DNA of 63,931 nucleotides, counting the filler, from Rhabdomonas costata (taxonomy: Eukaryota), in assembly GCA_019059605.1 (NCBI GenBank). It is 46 parts of 46 records of this genome, joined end to end, with 100 filler letters (N's around TTAATTAATTAA, not from the genome) between each part and the next. Parts side by side here need not be neighbours in the genome. Positions count along the whole stretch, not along the records: positions 48,716 to 50,006 come from JAHMHO010020444.1; positions 50,107 to 51,408 come from JAHMHO010020445.1; positions 51,509 to 52,799 come from JAHMHO010020446.1; positions 52,900 to 54,190 come from JAHMHO010020447.1; positions 54,291 to 55,581 come from JAHMHO010020448.1; positions 55,682 to 56,975 come from JAHMHO010020449.1; positions 57,076 to 58,366 come from JAHMHO010020450.1; positions 58,467 to 59,757 come from JAHMHO010020451.1; 38 more parts are not named here. The stretch is one strand, 5' to 3'. The translations under genes were made by a program, and so were the position numbers. The notes beneath the pieces are model-generated. The model was not told the origin of the DNA. It searched no databases and was given only the letters and a program-made list of their open reading frames with translations. Each line of letters begins with the position of its first letter. Within the stretch, counting starts at the first letter, position 1. Positions 49,295 through 60,860 of this stretch are shown here, in pieces.

Positions 49295-51274
49295 CTGAGG
49301 GGGGGGGTCCAAATCGGAGCACACTCAGACAGCGTGACACACAGTGTGACCTCAGAAACAGTCTCAATGCCACCAAAAGAACCCAAGACACAGCGCACAG
49401 GACTTCACAGGGCAATGCGAAGAGAGGAGGGGGAGGGGCAAATGGCGTAAAAGGAAAACTAGAACGTGGTGTGCACAAATTTCAAAGGACAACGGGATGC
49501 GCCCCGCATATGTTCCAGCAATGTCTCTGAGTTCTCTTTGGGTGTGGTTTGTGAAAGCAATCCTCGCCAGCGGAGTCGGCAAGGTGTACGACGTGGACCA
49601 AAGCTAAACTCCTGGAGTTGAAAATCCATGCACTCCCCCCACCCATTCACACACAACACCATCCACAAGCTTTCGCTGCTTCATTTTCTGCATTCGGGCC
49701 TTGCCCCACTCCATCAGCTCCTGCTGCTTTTCCTGCGATGAAAGGAGAAGGAGTTGGTTTGCTTTTTGATTCATGATTCAATGAGTTAAAATCAAGGGAC
49801 CATTGCAATGATCGGTGCGATGACAAGACACACACATACACGTGCACGCACACATTCCGGATTCTGCAACTTTCCAGCAAGTCATTGGCATTTGGACCTA
49901 CCTGACATTCCCTAATAGCCGACAGCAAGCGCTTACGTCGAAGCAGGTCAACCGCTATCGTTGATACTTTTGTTGAGAATCCCATGTGGTCTGTGACCCC
50001 AAACCCNNNNNNNNNNNNNNNNNNNNNNNNNNNNNNNNNNNNNNNNNNNNTTAATTAATTAANNNNNNNNNNNNNNNNNNNNNNNNNNNNNNNNNNNNNN
50101 NNNNNNTGTTGGTGGTATGACCTCATCTATAACCGCAACGATTTCAAGTTAAGGTTAACGGATGTCTTCACCTCGTTGGGCAAAGACTCCCATCTGGTAG
50201 AGGTACTGGGCACGCGTTGATTGCGTCAGAGAGAGGTGGACGAGCGTTGTGAAGGATGCTGGGGCATAGGCCGGGGTGTGCATGAGGTGGGTTTCCAGTG
50301 TTTGTGTAGAGGGTTCCGGGTTTGGAAGAAGGGACGGTTGGTCACGTGCTTTCCCCCGACGTTCACAAAACGATTTTGCGAGCGTTGGGGAGGGTCGTAT
50401 CTTGGGCCACTTTGGAAACTCTGGCGATGTATCATCAGATAGGTGTTCTCCCTTTCACGAAAATGGTGATCCCATCATTGGGTTGGAGTCTCTCTCGGTT
50501 TCTTTTTTCTCGCCAGTGCTGAGAGCACCCTTGCCAACAAACAACAACAAGAAGAGGGGCTCAGAGGGTGGGGAGGTAGTCCATAGAGCGCGAGCCTCAT
50601 AAAAGTATTCATACCTTTTGTCAACGTATTGCACAACCAAGCAGTGGTGTTGATACGTGTGTGGATTGGCCATATTTTCGTGCATTCGTTTGGCCATATT
50701 TTCGTGCGACTCTGCGAGGAAGAATGAAATTGCAGTTTCCTCCTTTCCTTGACTTTTATCAGCCGAACCTACTCCAACGAAGCTGCCTAGCCTTGGGTCG
50801 GACCGCTTTGTGAAGCCCAAGTCCCCCATCTCGTTGTCGCCACTCACCCAGCCGAAGACCGTCTGGGAACGCCGAGGTTTCATACTGCTGTTGAATTCAT
50901 AAACTTACAAATTCCAAAGGAGGGCAGAAAGGAAGCAGCGTAGCAGGGCGGTTTTATTGCGATTCTTTCACATGATCCGCATGGATGCTGTCGATTTTCG
51001 GCAGATTTTGGTTCGGTCTGGAAATTTCGTTTGATGTCGACTTCTTTTTTGCTTCAGATACGGAATCCGCGTCGACGCCACCCTTCGGCGATTCCAAGTC
51101 GCTGCCTCCTGTCGTCGAGCCCAGGTGTCGCAAGCCCATCCTTTGAATGGCAGTGGTAACGCCTAACGTGGGACATTTGCTGATTTGCTGCCCCCTTTGA
51201 GTGTTCATCCCCAAAAAAATTTGATCCGAGGTTGAAATTGGATTCCTTTCCCAACTTTGGTTTTATTGTGGGCT

Positions 51275-51276
<2 letters not shown>

Positions 51277-51325
<49 letters not shown>

Positions 51326-51405
51326 ATGGGCACGGCGCACACTCTCACCCCAATGCCCGTCGTGTCGTCCAGCACGAACAGCAGCACCGTGAACGCGCCA
51401 AAAAA
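51277..51405 (-). repeat. Dispersed ~95-bp repeat copy 2 with a long (GT)n tail
   Basis: Reverse-complement match to 46974-47072; (GT) tract at about 51277-51324. Confidence 0.9.
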
Positions 51406-52517
51406 CCANNNNNNNNNNNNNNNNNNNNNNNNNNNNNNNNNNNNNNNNNNNNTTAATTAATTAANNNNNNNNNNNNNNNNNNNNNNNNNNNNNNNNNNNN
51501 NNNNNNNNGTGTTGGGTGTGGGTGGTGTTGGGGGGGGAGAGGCTCCGGCCCATCTCGAGGCCTGCGGGAAAAATGAGCTGAACCCGGGCAGCACAAAGCC
51601 TCATCTGCTAAGAGTCTCGGCCTGAGAACAGCCTGCTTCCGTTTTGGGCTGGTGCTGACTATGTTACGGATTATTTCTGTTTCTGTTTCCTTTTGTGTAG
51701 TGCGGGAGCGGTGGCTGCATCCCTCCGCGTGGGGTGGGCTCCAGTTTGGGACACTTGTGGGTGAAAGTGCTTATGGGTGGATGGGTAGATGTCGGTTCTC
51801 GACGATTTGACTTTGGATGCTGAAACGTTAGACGCCGTTCAGCGTCAATGTTTTTTATTTTTCGGTTTTCTTTTTTTTTCGAGCACGAGGGTTACGTAGT
51901 GTCCGTATACCCACTACACTCTAGATGATGTTTTTGCGGAGAGGGGCATAGGTAAACTACTCCATTGCCTTCGAGGGTTAGTTAAACTGTGTCAGAACCA
52001 TCAGATGTAATTTTGCCGAAAGGGTTTGGTGTACTGTGCCAGTTCCCTCAAAGGACAATTTTGAAAAAATTTTATATTTTATATTTTATATTTCCATCTT
52101 TTACCGCATCAAACGCTTAACCCCCTCCCCCTCCCAAAAATGCATGAGTCCTTTCCTTCAGTGATGTCAGTCTTCACTGGCCACCGCACAACCTCCATTG
52201 GCCTAGTCCCGACTTCCGGTCGTGTTTGCGGATAATCAGGTATTCTCCATGTGGTCATTGGCATCTCATACTTAAACGTCTTTCTCCAGGTCCTACCCTT
52301 CTTTTGTGCTTCGTAGCAACCCCCCCCCCTTCTCGTAGACATCGCTCGAGCTTAGCCTCGCCCTTCACTCTGGTTTCTGACCCCACTCCCTTTGGGGCCC
52401 TATCCCTCTCTCTCTCTCTCTTCCTCTCCCTCCCTCCGACCGCTCCCCGCACCATATCCTCAATATCTTTGACCTTCCAAAGCTCCGCGGCCGCGGCCAG
52501 AGCGCACGGCTTCCGAA

Positions 52518-52626
52518 ATGCCGGAGCGCTTTCGCAAGTTCAAGATCGAGGAGCTGTCCAAGTTTAGGCTGCTCCTGTCCTGGGCCCTGCTGATCACCTC
52601 CTTCGTGGCCCTTGTGGTGCTTGCAG
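52518..52626 (+). CDS. First exon of a membrane protein
   Basis: MPERFRKFKIEELSKFRLLLSWALLITSFVALVVLA|gtcggt with GC3-rich codons, downstream of a long pyrimidine tract. Confidence 0.6.
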
Positions 52627-53289
52627 GTCGGTGATGCCTCCTCCGCTGTGTCGCAGTCAGTCCACCTGTCACATTGCACCGCACATATGTGAGGGTGTGT
52701 ATCACGCATAGACTCTCCGGAACCAATAATTGACAAAACTCGAAATAAAAAGGGGCTTAAAATGGACAATAATTCTGTATCTCGTTACTCCCAACCCCCN
52801 NNNNNNNNNNNNNNNNNNNNNNNNNNNNNNNNNNNNNNNNNNNTTAATTAATTAANNNNNNNNNNNNNNNNNNNNNNNNNNNNNNNNNNNNNNNNNNNNT
52901 TGTGTGTTTGGGGTTTGTTGTGCTTCTTTTCGTTCCATCGTACCTTGCAGCGTTGGTTGGTTGCTTTGTTGTCGGTACATTATTGTCAACTTTACGTGAA
53001 AACGATGTAAAACACGACGGGTGTTGCAGCGGGGTAGTGCTTGTCGGGGATTTAGGGGAAGTATATGTTTCTTTATACAGACTCGGGATCTGGTTTAGGG
53101 GAACCTACTTACTCATGATGCACTGACAAAATCCGGTGTTTTCAATGGATTTCTTGCACTCACCCCCCTAGTCGCGATTCTGATAAGGCATATGCTGCAA
53201 AACTATGCTGGCGCGCCCGCAGAGTTACCGCCTGGCTTCTGAACGAGATTGCAACAAAAGAGCACACCGACGTCGCCTGCTCCACGGAT

Positions 53290-53682
53290 CCGAAACAGTT
53301 TTCGGAGGCTGCGGTTGCGACGGATGTGGTGAGCGTGAAGCACGTGGAGACCAGCACCTCGGCACGACCCACAACCGAATCATCCTCCACGAATACGGAA
53401 GTGGCGATTCCGAAAGAGTTTTCGGAGGCTGCGGTTGCGACGGATGTGGTGAGCGTGAAGCACGAGGAGACCAGCACCCCGGCACGACCCGCAACCGAGT
53501 CGTCCTTCACGAATACGGAAGTGGTGATTCCGAAAGAGTTTTCAGAGGCTGCGATTGCGACGGATGTGGTGAGCGTGAAGCATAAAACGACGAGCACGCC
53601 CGCTCGGGCGTGCATCGCCTCCAGTACTAATACCGAGGCTGAGGCAGTGAAGGAGGTTTCGGAGGCTGCGGTTGCGACGGAT
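53290..53682 (+). repeat. Coding 120-bp tandem repeat (~3.3 units of 40 aa)
   Basis: PKEFSEAAVATDVVSVKHxETSTxARPxTESSxTNTEVxI repeats at 53290, 53410 and 53530, with a partial copy near 53650; frame preserved. Confidence 0.92.
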
Positions 53683-54299
53683 CCTGTGATTTTCCCTTTG
53701 GGCGTAATCTCTGGTGGTGATCAGGGGGATGGGCTTTCAGCTGACGGGAAGGTTCCGGCAATATTGTTGAGGTATGCTGCGGTATGCGCTCTTAGTTTCC
53801 GCAGATGGCAGAAGTGCCCTACCCACACTTTTTGGTTCTCTCGGTTTTACGGTGCCCCTCAGTCCGTCAACCACAAAAGCAACATTACCAGGACAATCGT
53901 TGAAAATATTTAGTCTAACCCACCCCGAACATATGGGGGTGCCCCATTCTACCCTATCTCCTCCCTTTGGCTAGCAGTTCCCCCGGAGCCCAACAAACCT
54001 TACCTCTACATAGGTACTCTCGCCTCGGCTAAAACAAGGCGGTGACTGCGCTTGCGGCACAGCTCATATACAAGATCTAATTTGTAGGGCCTGGTGTGGT
54101 AGTGGTAGTCTGCAATGAAAGGGGGAATGCTGGAACGCCATGGCCCGGAAGGCGGTGCACGTTGCTCTGTGATTTGCAGTATCCCAAACCNNNNNNNNNN
54201 NNNNNNNNNNNNNNNNNNNNNNNNNNNNNNNNNNTTAATTAATTAANNNNNNNNNNNNNNNNNNNNNNNNNNNNNNNNNNNNNNNNNNNNGGTTTTGGG

Positions 54300-55202
54300 T
54301 TGCTTCTTTTTACTTACATACCCTACCTTTGGAGGGAGTGGGTGGTACCCCTATCCTTCTCGATCAAAGATGAAGCGGCCAGAGCCTTGGTTCTTACCGC
54401 TCGCGGGCTTTCATTGACATGGAACGGAGCTGTTGTGCCCACCCTGAGAGCGACCTACAGGTTCATTCTGTGCCCGCTGGGCAGGCTTGTTGTGGCCTCG
54501 GTGAAGTTTACCTTTGTTTCCCTGCCCAAGCTGATCTACCACTACGTCGTCTACCCCATTAGGCTTGCTGGCTCTCTCCTGTACATCAACATCATTCTCC
54601 CCGTGAAGTACAAGATCGCCCAAGCTCTTTACTGGGTATTTATCACGGGCCCCCGAGCCTTTTACCACAGTGTCATGGTCCCCTGCTACTGGAAGGCCCT
54701 TGTTCCTTTAGGCCATGGCTGTCTTCACGGGGGCCAGTGCGCCGCTCGCTATGCCGTTGCCGCAGGAAAGGCGGGATTGCAAGCCAGCAAGCTTGCGTGG
54801 CTGGAAGTATATCACATGGGTCAGATTCTCCAGACCCAATTGGTGGTCCCGTTCTACTCACAAGTCATTTGCCCTGCCTCCCAGGTGACTCTGAGTGCCT
54901 GTGTGTTCTCCCTTCGGACGACCTCGGAGGGTGCGCGCTGGGCTTACTACGAGATCGTTCTGCCGAGCGGCCGAGCCGTGGAGGCCGCCGCTGTGCTGAC
55001 GTGGGTATCCATTGTGGTTCCCATGTACTTTACTGTGGTGGGCCTTGCGGGTGTGATGTGGGGGAACCTCGTTGAGGTTCTCTGGGAAACCCAGCGAGTA
55101 GCAAAAGAAACCTGCCGGGTCGCCCAGCGACAAGTGGAGTCCACCTGGAAGGTGATCTACGGGGAGGTATCCGCCCAGTTTAAGGGGTTGATTCGCCGCT
55201 AA
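54300..55202 (+). CDS. Unknown hydrophobic helical-repeat protein, C-terminal ~300 aa in a single exon
   Basis: Long ORF ending TAA with a recurring YxxVVxP-type motif (YRFILCP, YHYVVYP, YINIILP, YHSVMVP, YSQVICP, YYEIVLP). Confidence 0.75.
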   Translation: MLLFTYIPYLWREWVVPLSFSIKDEAARALVLTARGLSLTWNGAVVPTLRATYRFILCPLGRLVVASVKFTFVSLPKLIYHYVVYPIRLAGSLLYINIILPVKYKIAQALYWVFITGPRAFYHSVMVPCYWKALVPLGHGCLHGGQCAARYAVAAGKAGLQASKLAWLEVYHMGQILQTQLVVPFYSQVICPASQVTLSACVFSLRTTSEGARWAYYEIVLPSGRAVEAAAVLTWVSIVVPMYFTVVGLAGVMWGNLVEVLWETQRVAKETCRVAQRQVESTWKVIYGEVSAQFKGLIRR

Positions 55203-56031
55203 GTGGAAACGGAACGTGAGTTGTGTGTTTTGGGTCGCCCTTCCTTCACCATTTTTGTACACACACCCAGCCGTTGGCGTGCTTTGTACTTAGGTGTTTT
55301 CAAGCCCACACAGCTTTTCTGTAGTATAGTGAGTGTACGTTCGTTTTTTTTCTGAGTTTCAGTTTCTATGCACATGAGCGTGTGGTGCTGTTTTCCCTTT
55401 TTTTTTTTCAAAGTACAGTTCGCTTCAGTCGCTTTGTTGTCAGTAATCCTTTGGTGGATTTCACGCAGCTGGTTCTGGACGTTTCCAATTGATTTCGATT
55501 ATTTTTGTTTTGACGTACAGGGTTGCCCGCTTAAACGGTAACTGGCTCAGACCAACCGTCGGATTTCTTTGCCCTCGGCGGNNNNNNNNNNNNNNNNNNN
55601 NNNNNNNNNNNNNNNNNNNNNNNNNTTAATTAATTAANNNNNNNNNNNNNNNNNNNNNNNNNNNNNNNNNNNNNNNNNNNNCTCATGTTAGTGTTGTGAA
55701 GAGAAAAGAAGGACAGGGAGCCAGACCATTCGCCGCGAAGGAATGCAAAATAGCAAGTGGACATGGAGCATAGGTTGGTCTCCTCGAAATACACCTTCTT
55801 CCGTTTGCAGGGTTCGGGAGCGTGGTGACTTTTGTGGTGGTTTATTTGTTGTCAAATTCTGTTCCAATATTCTTCTGTACGGTTGCCTTCTCGTTATCAG
55901 CTATTCGCTGTAATTTTTTTTGGCGCCCAAACACCATTGGCTGTCTCATTGCTGCGCACATTAGTGCGCTTGCTTTTTTCGGGTTGCGGTGCACCCCCCC
56001 CTCTCTTGTTTTGTCGCGGTGCGTGTGAGGG

Positions 56032-56291
56032 ATGTCGGATCAGCTGCTAGCCGGAAAGTACCAGCTGGGCAAGACCTTGGGGCGGGGTCGCTTTAGCAAG
56101 GTCAAGGTCGCAACAAACACCCAGACCGGTGAGCAGGTCGCGGTGAAGATCACAGGTGCGCGACCATGCGTCTATTTTCTCGTGTGTACGTGCAGGTGTC
56201 TGTGTGTATGCTTCCCTCATTTCCCAGGGGGGGGATTGCTTGTGTCGCCTCTGTGGCCTCCTACCATCTTGCAAGTGAGAGTGAGTAAGAG

Positions 56292-56323
<32 letters not shown>

Positions 56324-56929
56324 CACATTCGTGCAGACGTTATGATTTGTCGTGTCGTGTCGCGTGGGTGAGTGCCCCCCTTGCTGCTGTGATATTTTCT
56401 GGCCAGACTTGCTTCTTGGTGTGATCCTAGGTTTGCTTTGCCTCAGTCACTGTATCCTTGCAAAAATGTACTTCAGAACTTCCATGAGATTGAAATGCAC
56501 CCGGTCGAGGTCCTTCCAGCCACCACCCCTCCTTTTCCGGTTCAAAAGGGGGCTCACCTTCCCGTTCAAAGGGTGCCTTGCATTCGGTGTCCTTTTTTCG
56601 ACCCGGTTTCAGAGCGGGACCAGATCACTGACCCACGGTTTGAGGAACAACTCCGCCGGGAGATCGCCGTGTTGCGGAAGCTGAATCACCCCAACGTGGT
56701 GTGACTCCTTTGGCTTCTTTTTTGTCCCAATGCAATCCCCCACACCCCAGTTCCGGGGGGACATGTTTGGGTTTTTCAGCCCCCGCCCCCCCTCCGATAA
56801 TAGTTCTTGGACCTGTGAAGGAAGGCTGGGTTTGCCGCCCCCCAATGTGTTTCTTTGGGTGTGACTCCTCAGGTTCGGTTGTTGGACGTCTACACCACAC
56901 CCAAGACGATTTACTTGATCCTCGAGCTG
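56032..56929 (+). CDS. CAMK-group Ser/Thr kinase (SNF1/AMPK/CIPK-like), N-lobe (3 exons)
   Basis: Exons 56032-56155, 56613-56698 and 56873-56929: GKYQLGKTLGRGRFSKVKVA...VAVKIT|ERDQ...REIAVLRKLNHPNV|VRLLDVY...IYLILEL. Confidence 0.95.
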
Positions 56930-57340
56930 GTTTGTTGTTGACCTCGAGTGTGAGTGGTGTCACCCCACAACCAAANNNNNNNNNNNNNNNNNNNNNNNNN
57001 NNNNNNNNNNNNNNNNNNNTTAATTAATTAANNNNNNNNNNNNNNNNNNNNNNNNNNNNNNNNNNNNNNNNNNNNTTTTGGTTTTATGTCTCGGTGCATT
57101 GCCGTTGGCTGGTCCCTTTTTTGTGTGCCTTTTACTTTTGTCGGCTTGCTGCAGCCGGCGTACTTCCGTCCTGGTTTTTCATTTCGCCTTTTCTGTTCTT
57201 GCACATCACCGCGGCAACCAACACTAGTTTCTTTGCTTTCATCGCGCTTTGCTCGCTATTCTCTGTTATGCTGGTGTTTTCTGAACTCGCCAATCATCTC
57301 CTAGTCTGCCAGTTGATGAAGGGGTGCTATGGATTCCCAG

Positions 57341-58265
57341 GCCTACTGGCGGGGCTTAACTGTGATCCTGTCCGGCTCGGACGTCCCCGGAGAGGGCGAG
57401 CACAAGATCATGGAGTTCATCCGCCAGCAGAGGCTGCACCCAGCCTATCGTGCCGACACCTCCCACTGCCTATGTGGGCTGGACGCCGACCTGATTTTGC
57501 TGGTGCGTCCTCCCCCTCCCTCGCTTTCAAGGATGTGTTTGGCTTCTGGCCGTACCGTGTCGACGGGCTTCAAGAGGGGTTTCGGATTGGCTTCGACTAT
57601 TGCGGCTTCTGTGGCTGGAACGTGAGTGCTTTCCCCTCAAATGAAACAGGCACTGGCAACACATGAGCCTCGGTTTACGATTATTCGGGACCACGTGGAG
57701 CTGGAGGCCGGGGCCTCACCTGCCAAGCACCTCCATCCTGCTTTCGACCTTCTGTGCATAGGTGTTGCATCCTCCACCTTCTTACAAGTATTATATTTTT
57801 TCTGGGGGGGGGGGACGGGGTGCGTTTCTGTTGAAACTGCCGCGGACGCGCTACCGGCATCCACGATCGTGCTTACGCAAGAAAGATTCTCAACGAAATG
57901 CGAGCAACCTCTTTATGCGATGGAAGTGTCTTGGTTTCTCTATCCCATTGCATCCATGGAGCGCACGAATTGAGGGTACGCTACCCTTTTCTGTGCTTTG
58001 GAGCTTGTTGTGCATGTGGCCTTACCCCTTTCCCTCTCTTTCCAATAGGAGCTCTTCGGGAGTGCCTTGGGGAGGAGTTCTCTGCGCTGCGGGGCGCTGG
58101 CCTTCCGTTCGGGTACTCTCTGGAGCGCGTGGTGGACGACTTTGTGTTCCTGTGCTGCTTCGTGGGCAACGACTTCCTTCCCCACCTGCCCTCCCTGGAT
58201 ATTCGCGAGGGGGCCATGGAGATGTTGCTGGGATGCTACCTGAAGATCCTTCCTACGCTGCAAGG
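57341..58265 (+). CDS. XRN-family 5'-3' exoribonuclease fragment (3 exons)
   Basis: Exons 57341-57502, 57650-57761 and 58049-58265: [14 protein letters not shown]...[20 protein letters not shown]...[19 protein letters not shown]. Confidence 0.96.
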
Positions 58266-58803
58266 GTATGTGCCCCCCCCCCTCAGCGAATATCCAGGGA
58301 GGGCAGGTGGGGAAGGAAGTCGTTGCCCACGAAGCAGCACAGGAACACAAAGTCGTCCAACACCACNNNNNNNNNNNNNNNNNNNNNNNNNNNNNNNNNN
58401 NNNNNNNNNNTTAATTAATTAANNNNNNNNNNNNNNNNNNNNNNNNNNNNNNNNNNNNNNNNNNNNGGGTTTGGTGGTGCAAAAAAGAAACGAGGTTCTA
58501 CCGCTGGGATGCGGTGGTCCTGTGGGGAGCTGGCAATGGTTAGGTGCGGAACTGTTTGTGATTTCGTTCGTTTCAAGCAGTTGCCTGCAGCGCGATATGG
58601 AGCTGACGCGGGTGCATGGACGAAGTGCTAAGATGAAACTGAAAACTTCAGGGCTTTAGGTAACAGTTCTGCCTTTCCGCTGAAGCCGCATGCCGCAGTC
58701 CCAAGCAGACAACAAACGATGTCATTTTGGGCCTGTGCCCTCTTTCTGGCAGTCCATTGCTTTATCTTGTTCTTCCGTGCTCATGCCCATTTTTCTTTTG
58801 CAA

Positions 58804-59701
58804 ATGAAGCTTCTAGCTCTCGCCGTGCTCCTTCTGCTTGGCCCGACTGGCTGCAGGGGAGAAGTGCACCACCGCAGTCAGGAGCTGGGCTTTCATCCCG
58901 CCGTGCTTGGGGAAAAGGACGAGCTTCTGGTCGTCCTGCAGGCTAACCCTTCCACGGGCTATGGGTGGGAAGCCCACTACGACGGCGACGTGATTGCAAA
59001 GAAGGAGCACTCCTGTACCTACCCCCGGGAGGGACTTCTTGGTCAGCCCTGTGAGATGACGATGTTGTTTGTCGGGTCCACCACCCCCCGCTCCACTCAC
59101 CTGACGATGCACTACCGCCGCCCGTGGGAGACCTCGAAGGCCCCGCTGCGCACCGTGAACATGTCGGTGACTTCCTTGAAGGCCTACAGTGGCGCCCGGG
59201 ACTTTACCCCAGCACAGAAGGAGGAGGACTCGACTGTTCAGGTCTCGCCCTTGCCAAAAGGCCCCCCCGTAGGGCCTGGGCGCACCACAACGCTCCCGCA
59301 AGCCATCCCCTCCGTCTATGACCCTCGCGCTTCCGCAGGCTATCCTCCGATCAAGAACCAGGTGCTCCCTTTGCTTGTGGCTTCTCACCGTACACTCGCG
59401 CATATGAGGTGCATGCGTGGATATCCTTTGGCAGCGACCATGGAAAGGGTATAGCATGCAATGAGGACGTCATATGTTTTGATATGACGGATGATATGAC
59501 CTGCTTTCTTCGATCTCAGCTCAGCGAGTCCTGTGTTATTAACGTACTTGTATCTTTGAAGAAGCGGCTTCTTGAGGTGCGGGTGTGTTTTGGGGAACTC
59601 TCACAGCAAGCCTGTGGGGCCTGCTGGGCGTTTGCCACGGTGGGAATGCTGGAGGTTACTTTGTCGGCCGTTTTCCAGTCCACAGTACAACTCTCGGAGC
59701 A
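58804..59701 (+). CDS. Secreted chagasin (inhibitor I42) - papain-family (C1A) cysteine protease fusion, 5' part (2 exons)
   Basis: Exon 58804-59361: signal peptide, NPSTGYGW, GLLG, YRRPWE (I42), then IPSVYDPR...PPIKNQ. Exon 59607-59701: QACGACWAFATVGMLE...LSEQ (catalytic Cys). Phase-0 GT-AG intron. Confidence 0.9.
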
Positions 59702-60299
59702 GTATTCCTTGCTTTCCCTCCCTCCGTGCAAAGTTCTTCATCGTTACCACCCACACCNNNNNNNNNNNNNNNNNNNNNNNNNNNNNNNNNNNNNNNNNNN
59801 NTTAATTAATTAANNNNNNNNNNNNNNNNNNNNNNNNNNNNNNNNNNNNNNNNNNNNTTGTGTGTTTAATTTCCTCTTTCTTGCATTTGTTTGGGGTTTT
59901 GGTTGTAGGGGTTGAGTTGGTAGGGTGCCGCGCAAGAGGTGTTGTGAAGGTTTGGGCGGTGGGGAATCAGCGTGAATGAAAAATTGGATCCGTGGATCAC
60001 CACTGCACATACAGAACGTATTACGCCGTAGTGCCGTACGATATTTGAAGTGTTTAAGCACCCCCATCCCGATGGATACCGCAGTGGAGAGAACGCGGCG
60101 AAGCGGTGGGAGACGTTGAGGTGCATGCTGCTTCTGTCCAGGTTGGTTGTTCCCAAGAGGACGTTTCCCCATCAGTTTGGAGCTAAGCTTTCGGTGGGGA
60201 AATTCCGAGCGGGAGGCTACAGAACCACCATCACTTGGAAAACAAAGGGTGGCTGATGCGCCGCAGGTGCTGTGGTGGATGGGACGGGGTGCCGCACAG

Positions 60300-60860
60300 G
60301 TCGCGGCGATCAGCTTCAAGCACTTCGTGGGACGGCACTGGAAGAAGCGCGGGCGGGTGGACAACGAGCCCTGCTCGCTGCACTCCAGCGAGCATGCCAA
60401 GGCCCAACTCAGAGCCGGGGTTCTCACCCTTCTGGAAGAGCCCAGCAAGGCCTCCTCCTCCTTCCACCCCCTCTGACCGCCGTATTAATTCCTCCCCTTT
60501 ATCGTTGGGCGATCGTCAGCTGTTGACTACACTTCAGCCATACCAAAATCAGCATTCTGTCATTGATGATGTGAAGGGATGTCGCCCAGGAAAAAGCGAT
60601 ACACCCTGTGACCCTGCCATTCCCGCTCGAGCACTTCGCGCAGTCGAGCGCTGTCATTGCTGGCGGGCACTTTTGTTTTTGCCCCCATCCTTCTCACTGC
60701 GTCACCGCAGATGTGCAGATGTGGTTTTCATTCTCGTACGCGTATGTGTATGTTTGGACGTACCCAGGCCATCGCTACGCAGCTAGCGCTTCTGGTTGCG
60801 CGAGTGGTGCGCGTGGACTACCCCTCGCAGTGGCCGCAACTTCGCCCCACCCTTTGTCAG
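60300..60860 (+). CDS. IPO11: Importin-11-like N-terminal fragment (2 exons, GC donors)
   Basis: Exons 60300-60449 (VAAISFKHFVGRHWKK...LLEEPSK) and 60768-60860 (AIATQLALLVARVVRVDYPSQWPQL). Confidence 0.8.

Noticed and set aside
51850-51885. T-rich ...TTTTTTTTCG resembling the 3' end of a euglenid spliced leader
   Set aside because: The rest of the leader sequence and the following GT donor are absent.
58133-58359. Terminal inverted repeats read as MITEs or hairpin RNA genes
   Set aside because: The arms are exact copies of coding exon sequence, always at contig edges, with no target-site duplication.
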